Shown here piece after piece: positions 25,867 to 35,573 of a DNA stretch of 64,000 bases. The stretch spans positions 75,843 to 139,842 of the forward strand of contig DATENC010000004.1 of the NCBI GenBank assembly GCA_035275265.1. The letters are read 5' to 3'. The position numbers and the translations under genes were made by a program. The notes below the pieces were generated by a model. The model was given only the letters and a program-made list of their open reading frames with translations. It ran no database searches and had not been told where the DNA came from. Each line of letters starts with the position of its first letter. Positions within the stretch are counted from its first letter, which is position 1. The stretch comes from Burkholderiales bacterium (GTDB lineage: Bacteria; Pseudomonadota; Gammaproteobacteria; Burkholderiales; JACQAP01).

Positions 25867-26874
25867 TCATGCCTTGCCGGCGGCCTGCACGGCCTCGACC
25901 AGTGCCTTGCCCTTCGGTCCGGCCCTGCCGACGAAGGTATTGATGACCGGCCCCATCTTCGAGCGGAAGCTTGGGATGTCGGGGTTCGGATTTGCCTTGA
26001 TCAGTTTGGCGAGTTCATTCCAGGCGGTCTGCTGCGCCTTGAGGTTTATTTCCCACATGTCCTTCTGCACGGCTTCGACGGCCGCGTCGCGAATTACCTT
26101 CTGCACGTCCGGCGGAAGCGACGCCATCTTCCTGGCGCTCGCCATCATCGACGCCTCGGTGAATATGTGGTGGGTGCGGGTAACGAAGCCGGCTACCTCG
26201 TAAGTCTTGGTTGAGACCATGAAATCAGCCGGCCCCTCGAATGCGTCGATCACGCCGGTCTGCAGCGCCGTGTAGATTTCCCCCGCTGGTATCGGTGTTG
26301 GATTGGCACCGAGCGCCTTGGCCATTTCGACCCAGGTTGGAATCTCGGGCACACGCAGGCGCAGCCCGCGAACGTCGTCGGCCGTCTGGATCGGCTTCCT
26401 GGACAGGAAGACACGAAAGCCCGAAGCACCCAGCGAGAGCACTTCCACACCGAGGGAGTCTTTTGCGTCCTTGCAGACTTGCTGGCCGATTGGCCCGTAC
26501 AAGACCTTCTTCACGTGATCGTAGTCGTGGAACAGGAACGGCAGCGAGACAAACCCGAAATGCGGTTGCCAGTTGCCCAAAGTGCCCAGGTCGGTCCAGC
26601 ACATGTCGAGCGTGCCGAGTTGCAGCGCCTCGGCCGAGGTGCGCAGGTTGAAAAGCTGGGAGGCTGGACGGATGCTGATGGTGACCGCGCCGTTCGTGCG
26701 CTGTTTGACCATCTCTGCGAATTTCTCCGCCACCCCGTGGATCAGATGGGTTGTCGGAACGTGGTGCGAGAACACCAGATTGATCGGCGCTTGACCCCAG
26801 CTCCGCCGCGGTAGAACCGCCACGCCGGCGGCCGCGGCGCCTGCCTTCAACAGATCGCGTCTGGAAATCGCCAT
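25867..26874 (-). CDS. dctP: TRAP transporter substrate-binding protein
   Basis: Tat-like signal MAISRRDLLKAGAAAAG, DctP-family length, and operon context. Confidence 0.9.
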   Translation of the reverse strand: MAISRRDLLKAGAAAAGVAVLPRRSWGQAPINLVFSHHVPTTHLIHGVAEKFAEMVKQRTNGAVTISIRPASQLFNLRTSAEALQLGTLDMCWTDLGTLGNWQPHFGFVSLPFLFHDYDHVKKVLYGPIGQQVCKDAKDSLGVEVLSLGASGFRVFLSRKPIQTADDVRGLRLRVPEIPTWVEMAKALGANPTPIPAGEIYTALQTGVIDAFEGPADFMVSTKTYEVAGFVTRTHHIFTEASMMASARKMASLPPDVQKVIRDAAVEAVQKDMWEINLKAQQTAWNELAKLIKANPNPDIPSFRSKMGPVINTFVGRAGPKGKALVEAVQAAGKA

Positions 26875-26983
26875 TGTTTACTTCCTCCTTTGCGCGTCAA
26901 CGCGACGCGGTGTCATTTTTGTGGGTCAGACGCAACAGAAGCCAGTCTAACGGCTCCAGTTCGCTGATGGCAATCGACGTAAC

Positions 26984-27040
26984 GGCGGTGACAAGTGACA
27001 AGTGACGAGGGGCGACGGCGAGGGCGAGGGGCAAAGGACG
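26984..27040. repeat. mosaic word-repeat locus R14 (GTGAC heptads + G words)
   Basis: GGCGGTGACAAGTGACAAGTGACGAGGGGCGACGGCGAGGGCGAGGGGCAAAGG, in the dctP/SLT divergent region. Confidence 0.85.
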
Positions 27041-27165
27041 GGTAGAATCAGAGCAGCAGTACTGCAGTAAGAAGAGGATTTCGCTTTCTGCTCCGTCAAT
27101 CTGCTGCTCCAATAGGCACTCGCAAGCGCCGGAGAAGGCGCAGGCGCCGCTTCGGCATCTCCAGG

Positions 27166-27948
27166 TTGTGGCCGAGCGCTCGTGTGCGCCGGCGTTGGGT
27201 TCGAACGTTCCGGAGCCTGCCGCTCACGACGCAGGCGATCATTGGGTTGGCTGTGATTTTCATTTTCTGGCTTGTGCTCAATCTGGCCTACCAGGTCATC
27301 CGCAAGCCATCGGAACTGTTCTTTCCGGTCAGCGGTGCGCTCTACAAAATGCCTTCCGAAACATGGGAGGAATACGGTCCAATCTTCAAGAAGCATTCGA
27401 CAAGCATCGTTACGCCCGAACTTCTCGCCGCACTCGCGCAAGTGGAGGGATCGGGAAATCCAGTGGTACGCACGTACTGGCGTTGGTCTATGACGCTCGA
27501 GCCGTTCGACGTGTATCGGCCGGCGTCCAGCGCGGTCGGGATGTATCAAATCACGAACGGGACGTTTGTCGAGGCGAAGCGCTACTGCATTCATGACCAC
27601 GTAGTCGTCGAGGACGGTCCCTGGAACGATTTTCGGTCATGCTGGTTCAACGGTCTGTATTCGCGGGTCGTACCGACGCATGCTGTCGAACTCACCTCCG
27701 CTTACCTGGACCGCAGCGTTGCGAACATATTGAACCGGCTGCGCATCACGAACGCCTCGCTTCAGCAGAAGCAGGACCTGGTCGCCGTTATTCACGTATG
27801 CGGCGCGGGGGCAGGCGAGGTTTACGCGAGACGCCGTTTTCGACTGACTTCCGGTCAGCGGTGCGGAGATCACCCTGTCCAGCCGTATGTCGAGCGCGTG
27901 AATCTGATGAAACGGGTGTTTCAGGGGTTGGAGAGAAGCGAGGGGTGA
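27166..27948 (+). CDS. membrane-anchored lytic transglycosylase (SLT domain) protein
   Basis: One N-terminal TM segment. SLT motifs QVEGSGNP and SAVGMYQIT. Confidence 0.65.
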   Translation: MWPSARVRRRWVRTFRSLPLTTQAIIGLAVIFIFWLVLNLAYQVIRKPSELFFPVSGALYKMPSETWEEYGPIFKKHSTSIVTPELLAALAQVEGSGNPVVRTYWRWSMTLEPFDVYRPASSAVGMYQITNGTFVEAKRYCIHDHVVVEDGPWNDFRSCWFNGLYSRVVPTHAVELTSAYLDRSVANILNRLRITNASLQQKQDLVAVIHVCGAGAGEVYARRRFRLTSGQRCGDHPVQPYVERVNLMKRVFQGLERSEG

Positions 27949-28032
27949 GGGGCGAGGGACGAGGGAACAGGCAGTGACGACGGACAGGTGACGAGGCTAG
28001 CGGCAGTGAAGGGTAAATGGGGAATGGGGAAG
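27930..28032. repeat. mosaic word-repeat locus R15
   Basis: GAGGGGTGAGGGGCGAGGGACGAGGGAACAGGCAGTGACGACGGACAGGTGACGAGGCTAGCGGCAGTGAAGGGTAAATGGGGAATGGGG. Shares CTAGCGGCAGT(A/G)AAGGG with R4. Confidence 0.9.
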
Positions 28033-28123
28033 GCAAACCGCGCACCTGACGGCGCGCGAGCCGGATGCTAACATCGGCGCCGTAGCCAATGTTCTGCGTG
28101 AGAACCTCTATGCAGGAAATTCA

Positions 28124-28795
28124 TTGAAGAAAGTCATCGCGGCGCGACGGGCACATGTCTTCCGGTACGGTTGGCGCATTCTGGCCATGGCCGCGACGGC
28201 GTTCGTGGCTTGGCCGACCCATGCGCAAACCGAGGTACTGCCGGACAAGGAGAGCAGCATCACGGTCTACGGTGGGTATCGCGGGGGCGGCACGCTCACC
28301 GATGAGAACACCGGGATGTCCATGAGCGTGCACAGCGACGCGAGCTACGCACTCGCCGTGGACATCGGCGTTGACCACCAGACGCAGATTCAACTGTTCT
28401 ACGGCCACCAGGACACAGTGCTCAGTTCAGCAATCTTCGCGCCGACGGTTAATAACTTCGAGCTCTCCCTGGACTACTTCCATGTGGGGGGCAGCTACTT
28501 CTTCGAGCAAGTGGGCACGGGCGTCTACGTGGTTGCCGGAATAGGCGCCACATACGCGCGCCCCGATCGTGACGACCTCAATTCGGAGACGTTCCTGTCC
28601 GCCAACATTGGCATGGGCTATATGCTTCCACTCGGCAAGCATGTCGGATTGCGCTTCGAGGCGCGGGGCTACGGCACACTCATCAACAACGAAAGCACGC
28701 TTTTCTGCGGTAACAACACCGGCTGCATCGCGACGTTCAAGGGCGACGCGCTATACCAGGGCGAGGCGCTGGCGGGTCTGTCGATCCGGTTCTGA
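28124..28795 (+). CDS. outer-membrane beta-barrel protein
   Basis: TTG start, signal peptide ending AWPTHAQ, alternating beta-strand pattern, and a C-terminal GLSIRF. Confidence 0.6.
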   Translation: MKKVIAARRAHVFRYGWRILAMAATAFVAWPTHAQTEVLPDKESSITVYGGYRGGGTLTDENTGMSMSVHSDASYALAVDIGVDHQTQIQLFYGHQDTVLSSAIFAPTVNNFELSLDYFHVGGSYFFEQVGTGVYVVAGIGATYARPDRDDLNSETFLSANIGMGYMLPLGKHVGLRFEARGYGTLINNESTLFCGNNTGCIATFKGDALYQGEALAGLSIRF

Positions 28796-28851
28796 GCCGA
28801 AAAACACACACGCGATTTTTCCGTGAATTTTCCAATGGTCCGATACACAAC

Positions 28852-29787
28852 ATGAAACTCGAATTCAAAGGTGTGTTTCCTGCTCCCCCTACGCCTATTG
28901 CCGAGGATGGGCGAATCCACGAGAAGGCTTTGCGTGCGCTACTCGATGACAATATTTCGCACGGATGCGGCGGCTTCTGGATGGCAGGGAGCACCGGCGA
29001 GGGGCCGATCCTCACGGATGAGCAACGGGATGCCGTCGCAAGAATTTCCGCGGAAGTGTGCAAAGGACGCGCACTCTGCATCATGCAGGTAGGCGCCATG
29101 AGTACGTCCAGCGCCGTGAAGGCGGCGAGGACCGCGCGGGCGGCGGGTTGTGCCGCGGTATGCTGCCTGCCACCGCTGTTCTTCCGGAGCAGCGAGCGTT
29201 CCATCATCGACTACTACAAGGCGGTGGCCGACGCGGCGGCCGACCTTCCGTTTTTCGTCTACAACCTCCCGCAACTCACGCAGGTGGAGTTCATCCCGGC
29301 GATGATGGAAAAGCTGGCGCGCGAGATTCCCACTCTGAAGGGCCTCAAACACTCCGCGCCGGATTTTTCCCAGATCCGCGTTTTCACGGATATGGGGCTT
29401 ACCTGCTTTTCCGGCAATGGGGCGTTTCCGCTGCCGGCAATCACTATGGGCGCGGTGGGCACGATCGATGCACCGCTCTCGATTGCGCCGTGGCACTACG
29501 TCGAGCTCTTCTCCGCCTGGGAAGCGGGCCACATGACCGTGGCTCAGTCTCTGCAGGACGGGGTGCGCAAGTATGTGGATCTGGTATGGATGTACGGTGC
29601 GCCTGCCGATGTCTGCAAGACGGTGCTCTCGGCTAGACTCGGTGTCGATTGCGGACGCTCCATCCCGCCGGTGAATCGCCTGACCGACGAACAACGGCGT
29701 GAAGTGCTCCGCGCAGCGGAGGCGTTGGGTGTGACCACAAGACAAGGACGAGCGGCGCGGGTCGAAGGACGAAGGGCGAATGGGTGA
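28852..29787 (+). CDS. dihydrodipicolinate synthase/N-acetylneuraminate lyase family protein
   Basis: DapA-family N-terminus (GVFPAPPTP...GSTGEG). The last ~17 aa and the TGA stop lie in repeat R16. Confidence 0.8.
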   Translation: MKLEFKGVFPAPPTPIAEDGRIHEKALRALLDDNISHGCGGFWMAGSTGEGPILTDEQRDAVARISAEVCKGRALCIMQVGAMSTSSAVKAARTARAAGCAAVCCLPPLFFRSSERSIIDYYKAVADAAADLPFFVYNLPQLTQVEFIPAMMEKLAREIPTLKGLKHSAPDFSQIRVFTDMGLTCFSGNGAFPLPAITMGAVGTIDAPLSIAPWHYVELFSAWEAGHMTVAQSLQDGVRKYVDLVWMYGAPADVCKTVLSARLGVDCGRSIPPVNRLTDEQRREVLRAAEALGVTTRQGRAARVEGRRANG

Positions 29788-29905
29788 AGCAGTGAAGGAG
29801 TGAATGAGTGAATGTGTGAAGGGTGAACGCGTTGAATTCCTCTAGCTCTTAGCCCCGAAACCCTGCAGTTGACCCTCGTCCCTCTCCCCTCTTCCCTCGC
29901 CCCTG
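29743..29905. repeat. mosaic word-repeat locus R16 between convergent genes
   Basis: GTGAAGCAGTGAAGGAGTGAATGAGTGAATGTGTGAAGGGTGAAC on the left. CCCTGCAGTTGACCCTCGTCCCTCTCCCCTCTTCCCTCGCCCCTG on the right. It overlaps both gene 3' ends. Confidence 0.9.
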
Positions 29906-31249
29906 TTCTTCCGTCAGTGTTCCCCCGCCCAGGCGATTCCGCACCCCGCCGATATGTTCACGCAGTACGTAAAGCTGGTCTGCAAACGCAAGTGGCGTAC
30001 GTAGATTGGTCACCGACTCCTGAATGTCGTCAAGCCGTTTAAGGATTTCCTGTTTGCGCTCCGGGCTCGGGTTGGCGAGCATGTCGCGCTCGAGCGCCAT
30101 CAGCGCGCCGTACCATTTGTAGATGCGTGATCGTACCCGCCAGCGGTATAGCGGCGGCACTATGCGTATCGCCGGGATCACGATCACTACCAGCGGCACC
30201 AGCACCACCAGCATGCGATCCACCAGGCTTGCCAGCCAGAACGGCAATTTCTTGTAAAGGAACGGCGTACCCGAACGGTAGAAGCGTTGCGCGTCTTCGC
30301 TGATCGGAAAATCACGTTCCAGCGGCGCCGGGAATTCCCCGGCCTTGCGGTACATGCCCGCGGAGCCGTGAATCTCCCGCGCAGCGCTGATCAGCAGGTC
30401 CGATAGCGCGGGATGCAGGTTGTCGCGGGCGACCAGTTCAACGGTCGGACCTACGAGTTCGACTGCGTCGTGCGGTATGTCCTGCCCCAGGTCAAAGGCG
30501 CCTTTCGGGAGCGTGAGCCGCGAAAGAAACTTCAGGCGGCGCATGTAACCGTCGGCCTGGGTGAAGTTCATCAATTTGATCCCCGGGACCTTCAGCAAAT
30601 CGCGCAGCACCTGTCCGCGCACCAGCTCGCCCATGAGGAAAGCGGCATCGATCTTCCCCTGCTTGAGTGCCTCGACCGCATCGTCCCCGTCAAAATCCAA
30701 CAGGCGCGTCGGGCCCTTGTCCATGCCGTTTGCAACCAGGAACTTCATCGCGATCACGTGGGTCCCGCTGCCTTCCGGCCCGATAGCGACGCGTTTGCCT
30801 TCCAGTTGGGTGAGCCGCTCTACCAGTTCATTGCCGCGATAAAAGACTAGAACCGGCTGTACGAACACGCTGCCCAGAGACATCAGGCCGCCGGTTTCGA
30901 TGCCTTCGCTCACGCCGCCCAGCACGAATCCCACATCGGCGTAGACCGTGCGATCCGCCAAGCGCCGCAGGTTGTCCTGCGCGCCCTCGGTTTCGACCAC
31001 CCGCACGTTCACTCCGCTGCGCGCGATGATCTTTGCGTAGCGCTCGGCGGTTCGGTTGTAGCTGCTTTCCTTCGGGCCGGCGAGCATGACGATCGAATCC
31101 GGGGGCGCCGGGCCGATGAATTTGACCGCCAGCCAGGCGCCGAGCGCGGTGATCAGGACCACAGGTACGCCGATAGCAAGCAGGTCGTGCCAGGATACTT
31201 TCACCAGCTTGACCGGCATTTGCAGGCGTTTGATTCCTTGGGGGCTCAT
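29849..31249 (-). CDS. TAXI-family (COG2358-like) solute-binding domain protein with an N-terminal and a C-terminal TM anchor
   Basis: TM1 (LLAIGVPVVLITALGAWLAV), a PBP-like core, TM2 (LVVLVPLVVIVIPAI) and a helical tail. Paralog of the 62922-64000 product. Start ambiguous (31219, 31249, 31261 or 31276). The C-terminal tail is encoded by R16. Confidence 0.7.
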   Translation of the reverse strand: MSPQGIKRLQMPVKLVKVSWHDLLAIGVPVVLITALGAWLAVKFIGPAPPDSIVMLAGPKESSYNRTAERYAKIIARSGVNVRVVETEGAQDNLRRLADRTVYADVGFVLGGVSEGIETGGLMSLGSVFVQPVLVFYRGNELVERLTQLEGKRVAIGPEGSGTHVIAMKFLVANGMDKGPTRLLDFDGDDAVEALKQGKIDAAFLMGELVRGQVLRDLLKVPGIKLMNFTQADGYMRRLKFLSRLTLPKGAFDLGQDIPHDAVELVGPTVELVARDNLHPALSDLLISAAREIHGSAGMYRKAGEFPAPLERDFPISEDAQRFYRSGTPFLYKKLPFWLASLVDRMLVVLVPLVVIVIPAIRIVPPLYRWRVRSRIYKWYGALMALERDMLANPSPERKQEILKRLDDIQESVTNLRTPLAFADQLYVLREHIGGVRNRLGGGTLTEEQGRGKRGEGRGSTAGFRG

Positions 31250-31547
31250 TATTGCCTTCATGGTACAGGTATCCAACTCACACTCAGCAGCGGAACAGTT
31301 TGACCGCTGTGGTACACGTCCTGTTGTTGATCACGCCGAGTCCAACACAATCTTTTCCAACGCCCTGGGGACCCTTCGGTCTGCGCCGACTGAATTGGCG
31401 TTATGCTGGCGCGGCGAGCGTGGGAGGTGCCCCCAAGCAAGAAACACGGCCTGACTACTTGGTCCAATCGGCTCAGAAACGAACCGAGGGTGAGATGGTC
31501 TAGAAAAAACCCAAGGTCCGGAAGACCAAGTGTTCTGGAGAATAGAA

Positions 31548-31706
31548 ATGTTGGATCAATATATTAGGAATGCCATCTCTTTCGTTGGCGCGTTCGTGGT
31601 TGTGTTCGGGGGGCTTTACCTGGTGGATTACTACTCGGGATGGCGTCCGTTCGCCGACTTGCGTCCGTTCGAAAGCCAAGTAGTGACTCAAATGAAAGTC
31701 AGGTAA
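31548..31706 (+). CDS. possible small membrane protein (52 aa)
   Basis: ATG after GGAGAATAGAA. One hydrophobic helix (AISFVGAFVVVFGGLYLV). Sits in an AT-richer pocket and is below the ORF-track cutoff. Confidence 0.3.
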   Translation: MLDQYIRNAISFVGAFVVVFGGLYLVDYYSGWRPFADLRPFESQVVTQMKVR

Positions 31707-31882
31707 CGACCGCTGAAGGATCGCGCGGCCTCAGTATTTCCCATGGGCGGAGCGCTTCCTCGACCCATCGCGGGTTGCCAGCGCAAATTGCGGTAGCCGC
31801 GACGGTTCCCGTTGCGGCACCGGCGACAACGTGTGTGGCCGACTCGAGGAATTGTTTGCTGCGTCAGCAGGCGTGCGTCGTG

Positions 31883-32146
31883 CTACGCCTTACTCCTGAT
31901 TGCTTCCGCCGCTCGCGTTGCGAACCGCTTAAGTGCCTCACCCCCGCTCTGCCACGCGCGGGTCACCATCGGGTTAGATGCTATCCGTGTGGGACACGGT
32001 TCGTCGTCCACATGCCCGCATCGCTGGCACCGCCCGATGTGGAATATGGCCCTGGTTTCGTAGATCCGGATCCCTTCAGACTGGCAGTCCGTACAGAGAG
32101 ACGTGAAGGCAGACTGCCCGCAATGAGGGCAATGAAAGTCTTTCAT
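31883..32146 (-). CDS. small zinc-ribbon protein (87 aa)
   Basis: ATG at 32146 directly preceded by AAGGGAGGAATC. CPHC..x..CxxC and CQRC cysteine pairs. Confidence 0.55.
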   Translation of the reverse strand: MKDFHCPHCGQSAFTSLCTDCQSEGIRIYETRAIFHIGRCQRCGHVDDEPCPTRIASNPMVTRAWQSGGEALKRFATRAAEAIRSKA

Positions 32147-32507
32147 GATTCCTCCCTTGAAAAGCATGAGTGCGACAGAGCCTAACTATTTGGTTTTTTA
32201 ACAACGAATCTTGAGTTCAGAGAGAGCGTACCGCCGTCTGTGTAGAACAGTCAACGCCCCAAACAACGCACCGTGGTACGTTTGTGCCGGCGCAAAAGTC
32301 CGCAGGTCACCAAAAAACGCGAGGACTCAATGGACTGGCCAAATTTGTTCGACTTGAATCTAAAGTGCGTGCCTCCGCCCGAGCACGCGATGCTGGATGT
32401 TCCAAGGGGCGACCGCGGAAACCGCCGAACCACACCCGCACAAAGTGCGGTCCCGGCCAAAGGGTTATGCTTTGCATGCTTTCTCCACCAGCAAGGACAC
32501 CCTCAAT

Positions 32508-32888
32508 ATGATTGAACGCCACCTTTTGCCCGGTCAGCCGAAGCCTTATAGCCACTACTGTCATGTTGTGCGCGCCGACAGGCACGTCTGGGTTTCGGGC
32601 GCGGTCGGCATGAAGCAGGACGGGACCGTCCCGGATGGCACCGTCGAGCAATTCCGTATTGCGCTCGCCAGTGTGGATGCGTGCCTGCGTCACGCCGGCG
32701 CCAAGGCCGCACATGTCGTCAAAGTCACGATTTTCATGACCGACATCTCCGAGCGCCCGCTGATCAACCCGCTGCGAATAGAGTATTTCGGCGAGAATCG
32801 GCCGGCCTCCACGTTGGTGGAAGTGAGTGCGCTGGTCGATCGGCGCCTGAAAGTGGAGATCGAAGCGGTTGCGTACATGGACGACTAA
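32508..32888 (+). CDS. RidA/YjgF family reactive-intermediate deaminase
   Basis: 126 aa. YSH...V.GQ, a PARST-like ASTLV, and a C-terminal VEIEAVA pattern typical of RidA. Confidence 0.8.
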   Translation: MIERHLLPGQPKPYSHYCHVVRADRHVWVSGAVGMKQDGTVPDGTVEQFRIALASVDACLRHAGAKAAHVVKVTIFMTDISERPLINPLRIEYFGENRPASTLVEVSALVDRRLKVEIEAVAYMDD

Positions 32889-32908
32889 CACCGAGCGGAC
32901 CTGACCCA

Positions 32909-33535
32909 ATGCCCACCATAAGGATTTCTCCCCGTGTCAGCTTGCTTGTTGCAATGTCCGCACTGCTTGTCGGTGACGGCCTCACCGCGGAAACCACGGC
33001 ACCGCCTGCGCAAGCGGCAACTGCCATCTTTGCCGGCGGCTGCTTCTGGTGCGTGGAAGCGGACTTCGACAAACTTCCTGGCGTAACGAACACCGAATCG
33101 GGTTACGCCGGAGGCAAGCTGCAAAATCCGACTTACGAGCAGGTGAGCGCCGGCGGCACCGGCCATACCGAGGCGGTACGCGTGACCTATGATCCGAAGA
33201 AGGTGACTTACGAGCAACTGCTGGAATATTTCTGGCACCACGTCGATCCCACAGTGAAGGACCAGCAGTTCTGCGACATCGGCAACCAGTACCGCACCGC
33301 GATCCTTTACCTGGATGAGGCGCAGCGGCGTGCGGCGACAGCCAGCAAGGCGTTGCTCGACAAGAGCGGTCGACTTGCGCACATCTACACTGAAATCGTG
33401 CCGGCCGGCAACTTCTATCCGGCCGAGGAATATCACCAGGACTACTACAAGAAGAACCCGATCCGTTACAAATACTACCGTGCAAGCTGCGGCCGTGATG
33501 CGCGGCTAAAGGAGGTCTGGGGAAAGAAGGGTTGA
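32909..33535 (+). CDS. msrA: peptide-methionine (S)-S-oxide reductase, secreted form
   Basis: Signal peptide followed by the GGCFWC active-site motif and a YHQ(D)Y C-terminal motif. Confidence 0.9.
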   Translation: MPTIRISPRVSLLVAMSALLVGDGLTAETTAPPAQAATAIFAGGCFWCVEADFDKLPGVTNTESGYAGGKLQNPTYEQVSAGGTGHTEAVRVTYDPKKVTYEQLLEYFWHHVDPTVKDQQFCDIGNQYRTAILYLDEAQRRAATASKALLDKSGRLAHIYTEIVPAGNFYPAEEYHQDYYKKNPIRYKYYRASCGRDARLKEVWGKKG

Positions 33536-33621
33536 GGGGAGAGGGACGGAGGGGGATTGAGGATTGGGGATTGGGTCGTAGCCTTCACCCTTCAGCCTCA
33601 CATGCACCGGAGGGGTGTCAC
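33531..33621. repeat. mosaic word-repeat locus R17 (G words, GATTG heptads, D motif)
   Basis: GTTGAGGGGAGAGGGACGGAGGGGGATTGAGGATTGGGGATTGGG, then CCTTCACCCTTCAGCCTCACATGCACCGGAGGGGTGTCAC (D motif at 33599-33621). Confidence 0.9.
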
Positions 33622-33714
33622 TGTCGTTCGACCACATCCAATTCAGCACGGTGCACGCGAATTCGCCGCGACGGAGACTACGGCGTTTCGCCAATCGTGA
33701 TTGCGGACGAGGGA

Positions 33715-34533
33715 ATGATGGGGCCGCTGGTGACGCTTAAAGTCCACAAGACACTGCGAGCTGCTGCGTACGCCGGTACGCACACTGTCGAGTGCTCGCT
33801 GGACCTGGATCGTTCGACGACGACGGTCGAGACGGGCGCTGCGGGATGGATATGGAATGGCCAACGATTCCCCTGGCTGGAACCCTGTAAGGACAGAACC
33901 ATTTACCACTGGAATGGGGAGACGTTTCAGCCTGTGTCGCGTTTTACGACGTCACTTATCAAGTTGGTGCCGACGCAGTGGGGGGCCCCAACGTTCGAAA
34001 TCGATGGCATAAAGATGTTGCCCACGGCGAAAGTTTCACCTTATGCGGATGCCGAACGCAAAGTCGGCTTGATTCAACCGCGTGGCAAGGTGATTCTGGA
34101 TACTTGTGGCGGCCTTGGCTATTTCGCAGCGTGGTGTCTGCTGGGTCAGGCCACGCAGGTGCTTTCTTACGAGAAGAACCCCGACGTGATCTGGCTGCGC
34201 AGCCTGAATCCCTGGTCGCCCGTGACCAGGATTCAATTGACGCTTACCGAGGGAGACATTGCGGAGAAAATCGCAACGCTCCCCAGCGGGTCGGTCGACG
34301 CGATTTTGCACGACCCGCCGCGTTTCGGGATCGCAGGAGAACTCTACTCGCAGGTTTTTTATGACCACTTGGGCAGGGTACTCAAGCGCAAGGGCAGGCT
34401 GTTTCATTACACCGGCACGCCGAACAAACTCACCAGCGGACGTGATGTGCCTAACGAAGTGGCGAAACGTTTGCGGCATGCCGGATTTGCCGCTGAGTTG
34501 AATGGCGACGGAGTGTTGGCGGTGAAGAAGTGA
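33715..34533 (+). CDS. class I SAM-dependent methyltransferase
   Basis: ILDTCGGLGY (motif I) and HDPPRF (DPPY-like motif IV). Upstream ORF extension is repeat R17. Confidence 0.6.
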   Translation: MMGPLVTLKVHKTLRAAAYAGTHTVECSLDLDRSTTTVETGAAGWIWNGQRFPWLEPCKDRTIYHWNGETFQPVSRFTTSLIKLVPTQWGAPTFEIDGIKMLPTAKVSPYADAERKVGLIQPRGKVILDTCGGLGYFAAWCLLGQATQVLSYEKNPDVIWLRSLNPWSPVTRIQLTLTEGDIAEKIATLPSGSVDAILHDPPRFGIAGELYSQVFYDHLGRVLKRKGRLFHYTGTPNKLTSGRDVPNEVAKRLRHAGFAAELNGDGVLAVKK

Positions 34534-34622
34534 AGAGTGAGGTGCGAGGGACGAGGGGCGGACCGAAAGGCAGTGAAGTAAGACCCCTCTTCCCCCGCCC
34601 CTCGTCCGTCTTCCCTCTCCTC
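34521..34622. repeat. mosaic word-repeat locus R18 between convergent genes (G arm / C arm)
   Basis: GTGAAGAAGTGAAGAGTGAGGTGCGAGGGACGAGGGGCGG, then CCCCTCTTCCCCCGCCCCTCGTCCGTCTTCCCTCTCC. The arms share a complementary GACGAGGGGCGG core. Confidence 0.9.
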
Positions 34623-35065
34623 TATCGGTACGACACAATTCGATCCAGTCCGGCCTTCCCAAAACTTCCAATGCGTTGCCATTGCAGGAGTGCGCTCTCG
34701 CCGTGCATGTGACTATCGAGTGAGCGTTTAATGCGCCGGATGTCATCCGGCGTCCAATCGTGTGTTTCAGCGTTGGCAATGAGCCGGTCTTTTACCGCGC
34801 GGAAAGCGTCGTCAACGGAATCAGGGTTGTGCTCCCCGTTGTTCATCCGAATCTTCTCCAGAGAAAGCATCGGTAACTTTGTCCAGTAACATGCGGAGTC
34901 GATAAGACTGCAGACTTGGCTGATGTGGCGGGAAACCTTGCCGGGTTTCTGGCCGAGATGTTCCGCAATTCCCCCATAAGTGAGGTGCTGTCCACGCGAC
35001 AGGACTTCGCGTTCGATGATATCCAATGCTTTTTTCGCATCGACGTACTGTTTTTGCGCGGACAT
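34622..35065 (-). CDS. hypothetical protein with a winged-helix-like N-terminal region
   Basis: ATG after GGAG. The LTYGGIAEHLG...SQVCSLIDSAC...LPMLS pattern resembles self-reporting wHTH modules. Lower GC than its surroundings. Confidence 0.5.
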   Translation of the reverse strand: MSAQKQYVDAKKALDIIEREVLSRGQHLTYGGIAEHLGQKPGKVSRHISQVCSLIDSACYWTKLPMLSLEKIRMNNGEHNPDSVDDAFRAVKDRLIANAETHDWTPDDIRRIKRSLDSHMHGESALLQWQRIGSFGKAGLDRIVSYR

Positions 35066-35180
35066 AATCAACTCCATATGCGATGAAAAGAAAATGCTGA
35101 GGACGTTGTATGGATCTTCTGGGAGGATGTCTGTGCCATATGGACAGATCCCATTGTACGTTGCGAGCGGGACACCAGAT

Positions 35181-35573
35181 TCATTTCGGGTTCTGCTGCG
35201 AAAGGATGCGAAGCTGCTCGAGTAGTTGCGCCGCTTCGGTCGCCAGATCGCGGTGGCGCGCAAAAAGCTGCTGAAGTTCATACTCGTAGCTCCTGAGGCG
35301 ATCCTGTTGCTCCTGCCGGGCACGCGCCACATCGTCAAAGTTCGGTATCTGGCCTTGGGGAGCGTACGCGGGAGTCGGATTTTGCAGGTTTTGCAATTCG
35401 ATTTGCTGCAATGCCTGGATCATCTGGAACTGCTGATAGACCGCTTGCTGTTCGTCACGCACGGCGAAAAGCGCGGCTTCCGCGCGCCTCAATGGTGTAT
35501 CGGCATCCGCGGATGATTGCGCCGGTGCAGCCGCGGACAAGAGCAACAGCAAAACGAATGTGATCAGTCGCAT
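35181..35573 (-). CDS. secreted coiled-coil Gln-rich hypothetical protein
   Basis: ATG after GGAG. Signal peptide MRLITFVLLLLLSAAAPAQS, then Q/E-rich heptads. Confidence 0.5.
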   Translation of the reverse strand: MRLITFVLLLLLSAAAPAQSSADADTPLRRAEAALFAVRDEQQAVYQQFQMIQALQQIELQNLQNPTPAYAPQGQIPNFDDVARARQEQQDRLRSYEYELQQLFARHRDLATEAAQLLEQLRILSQQNPK

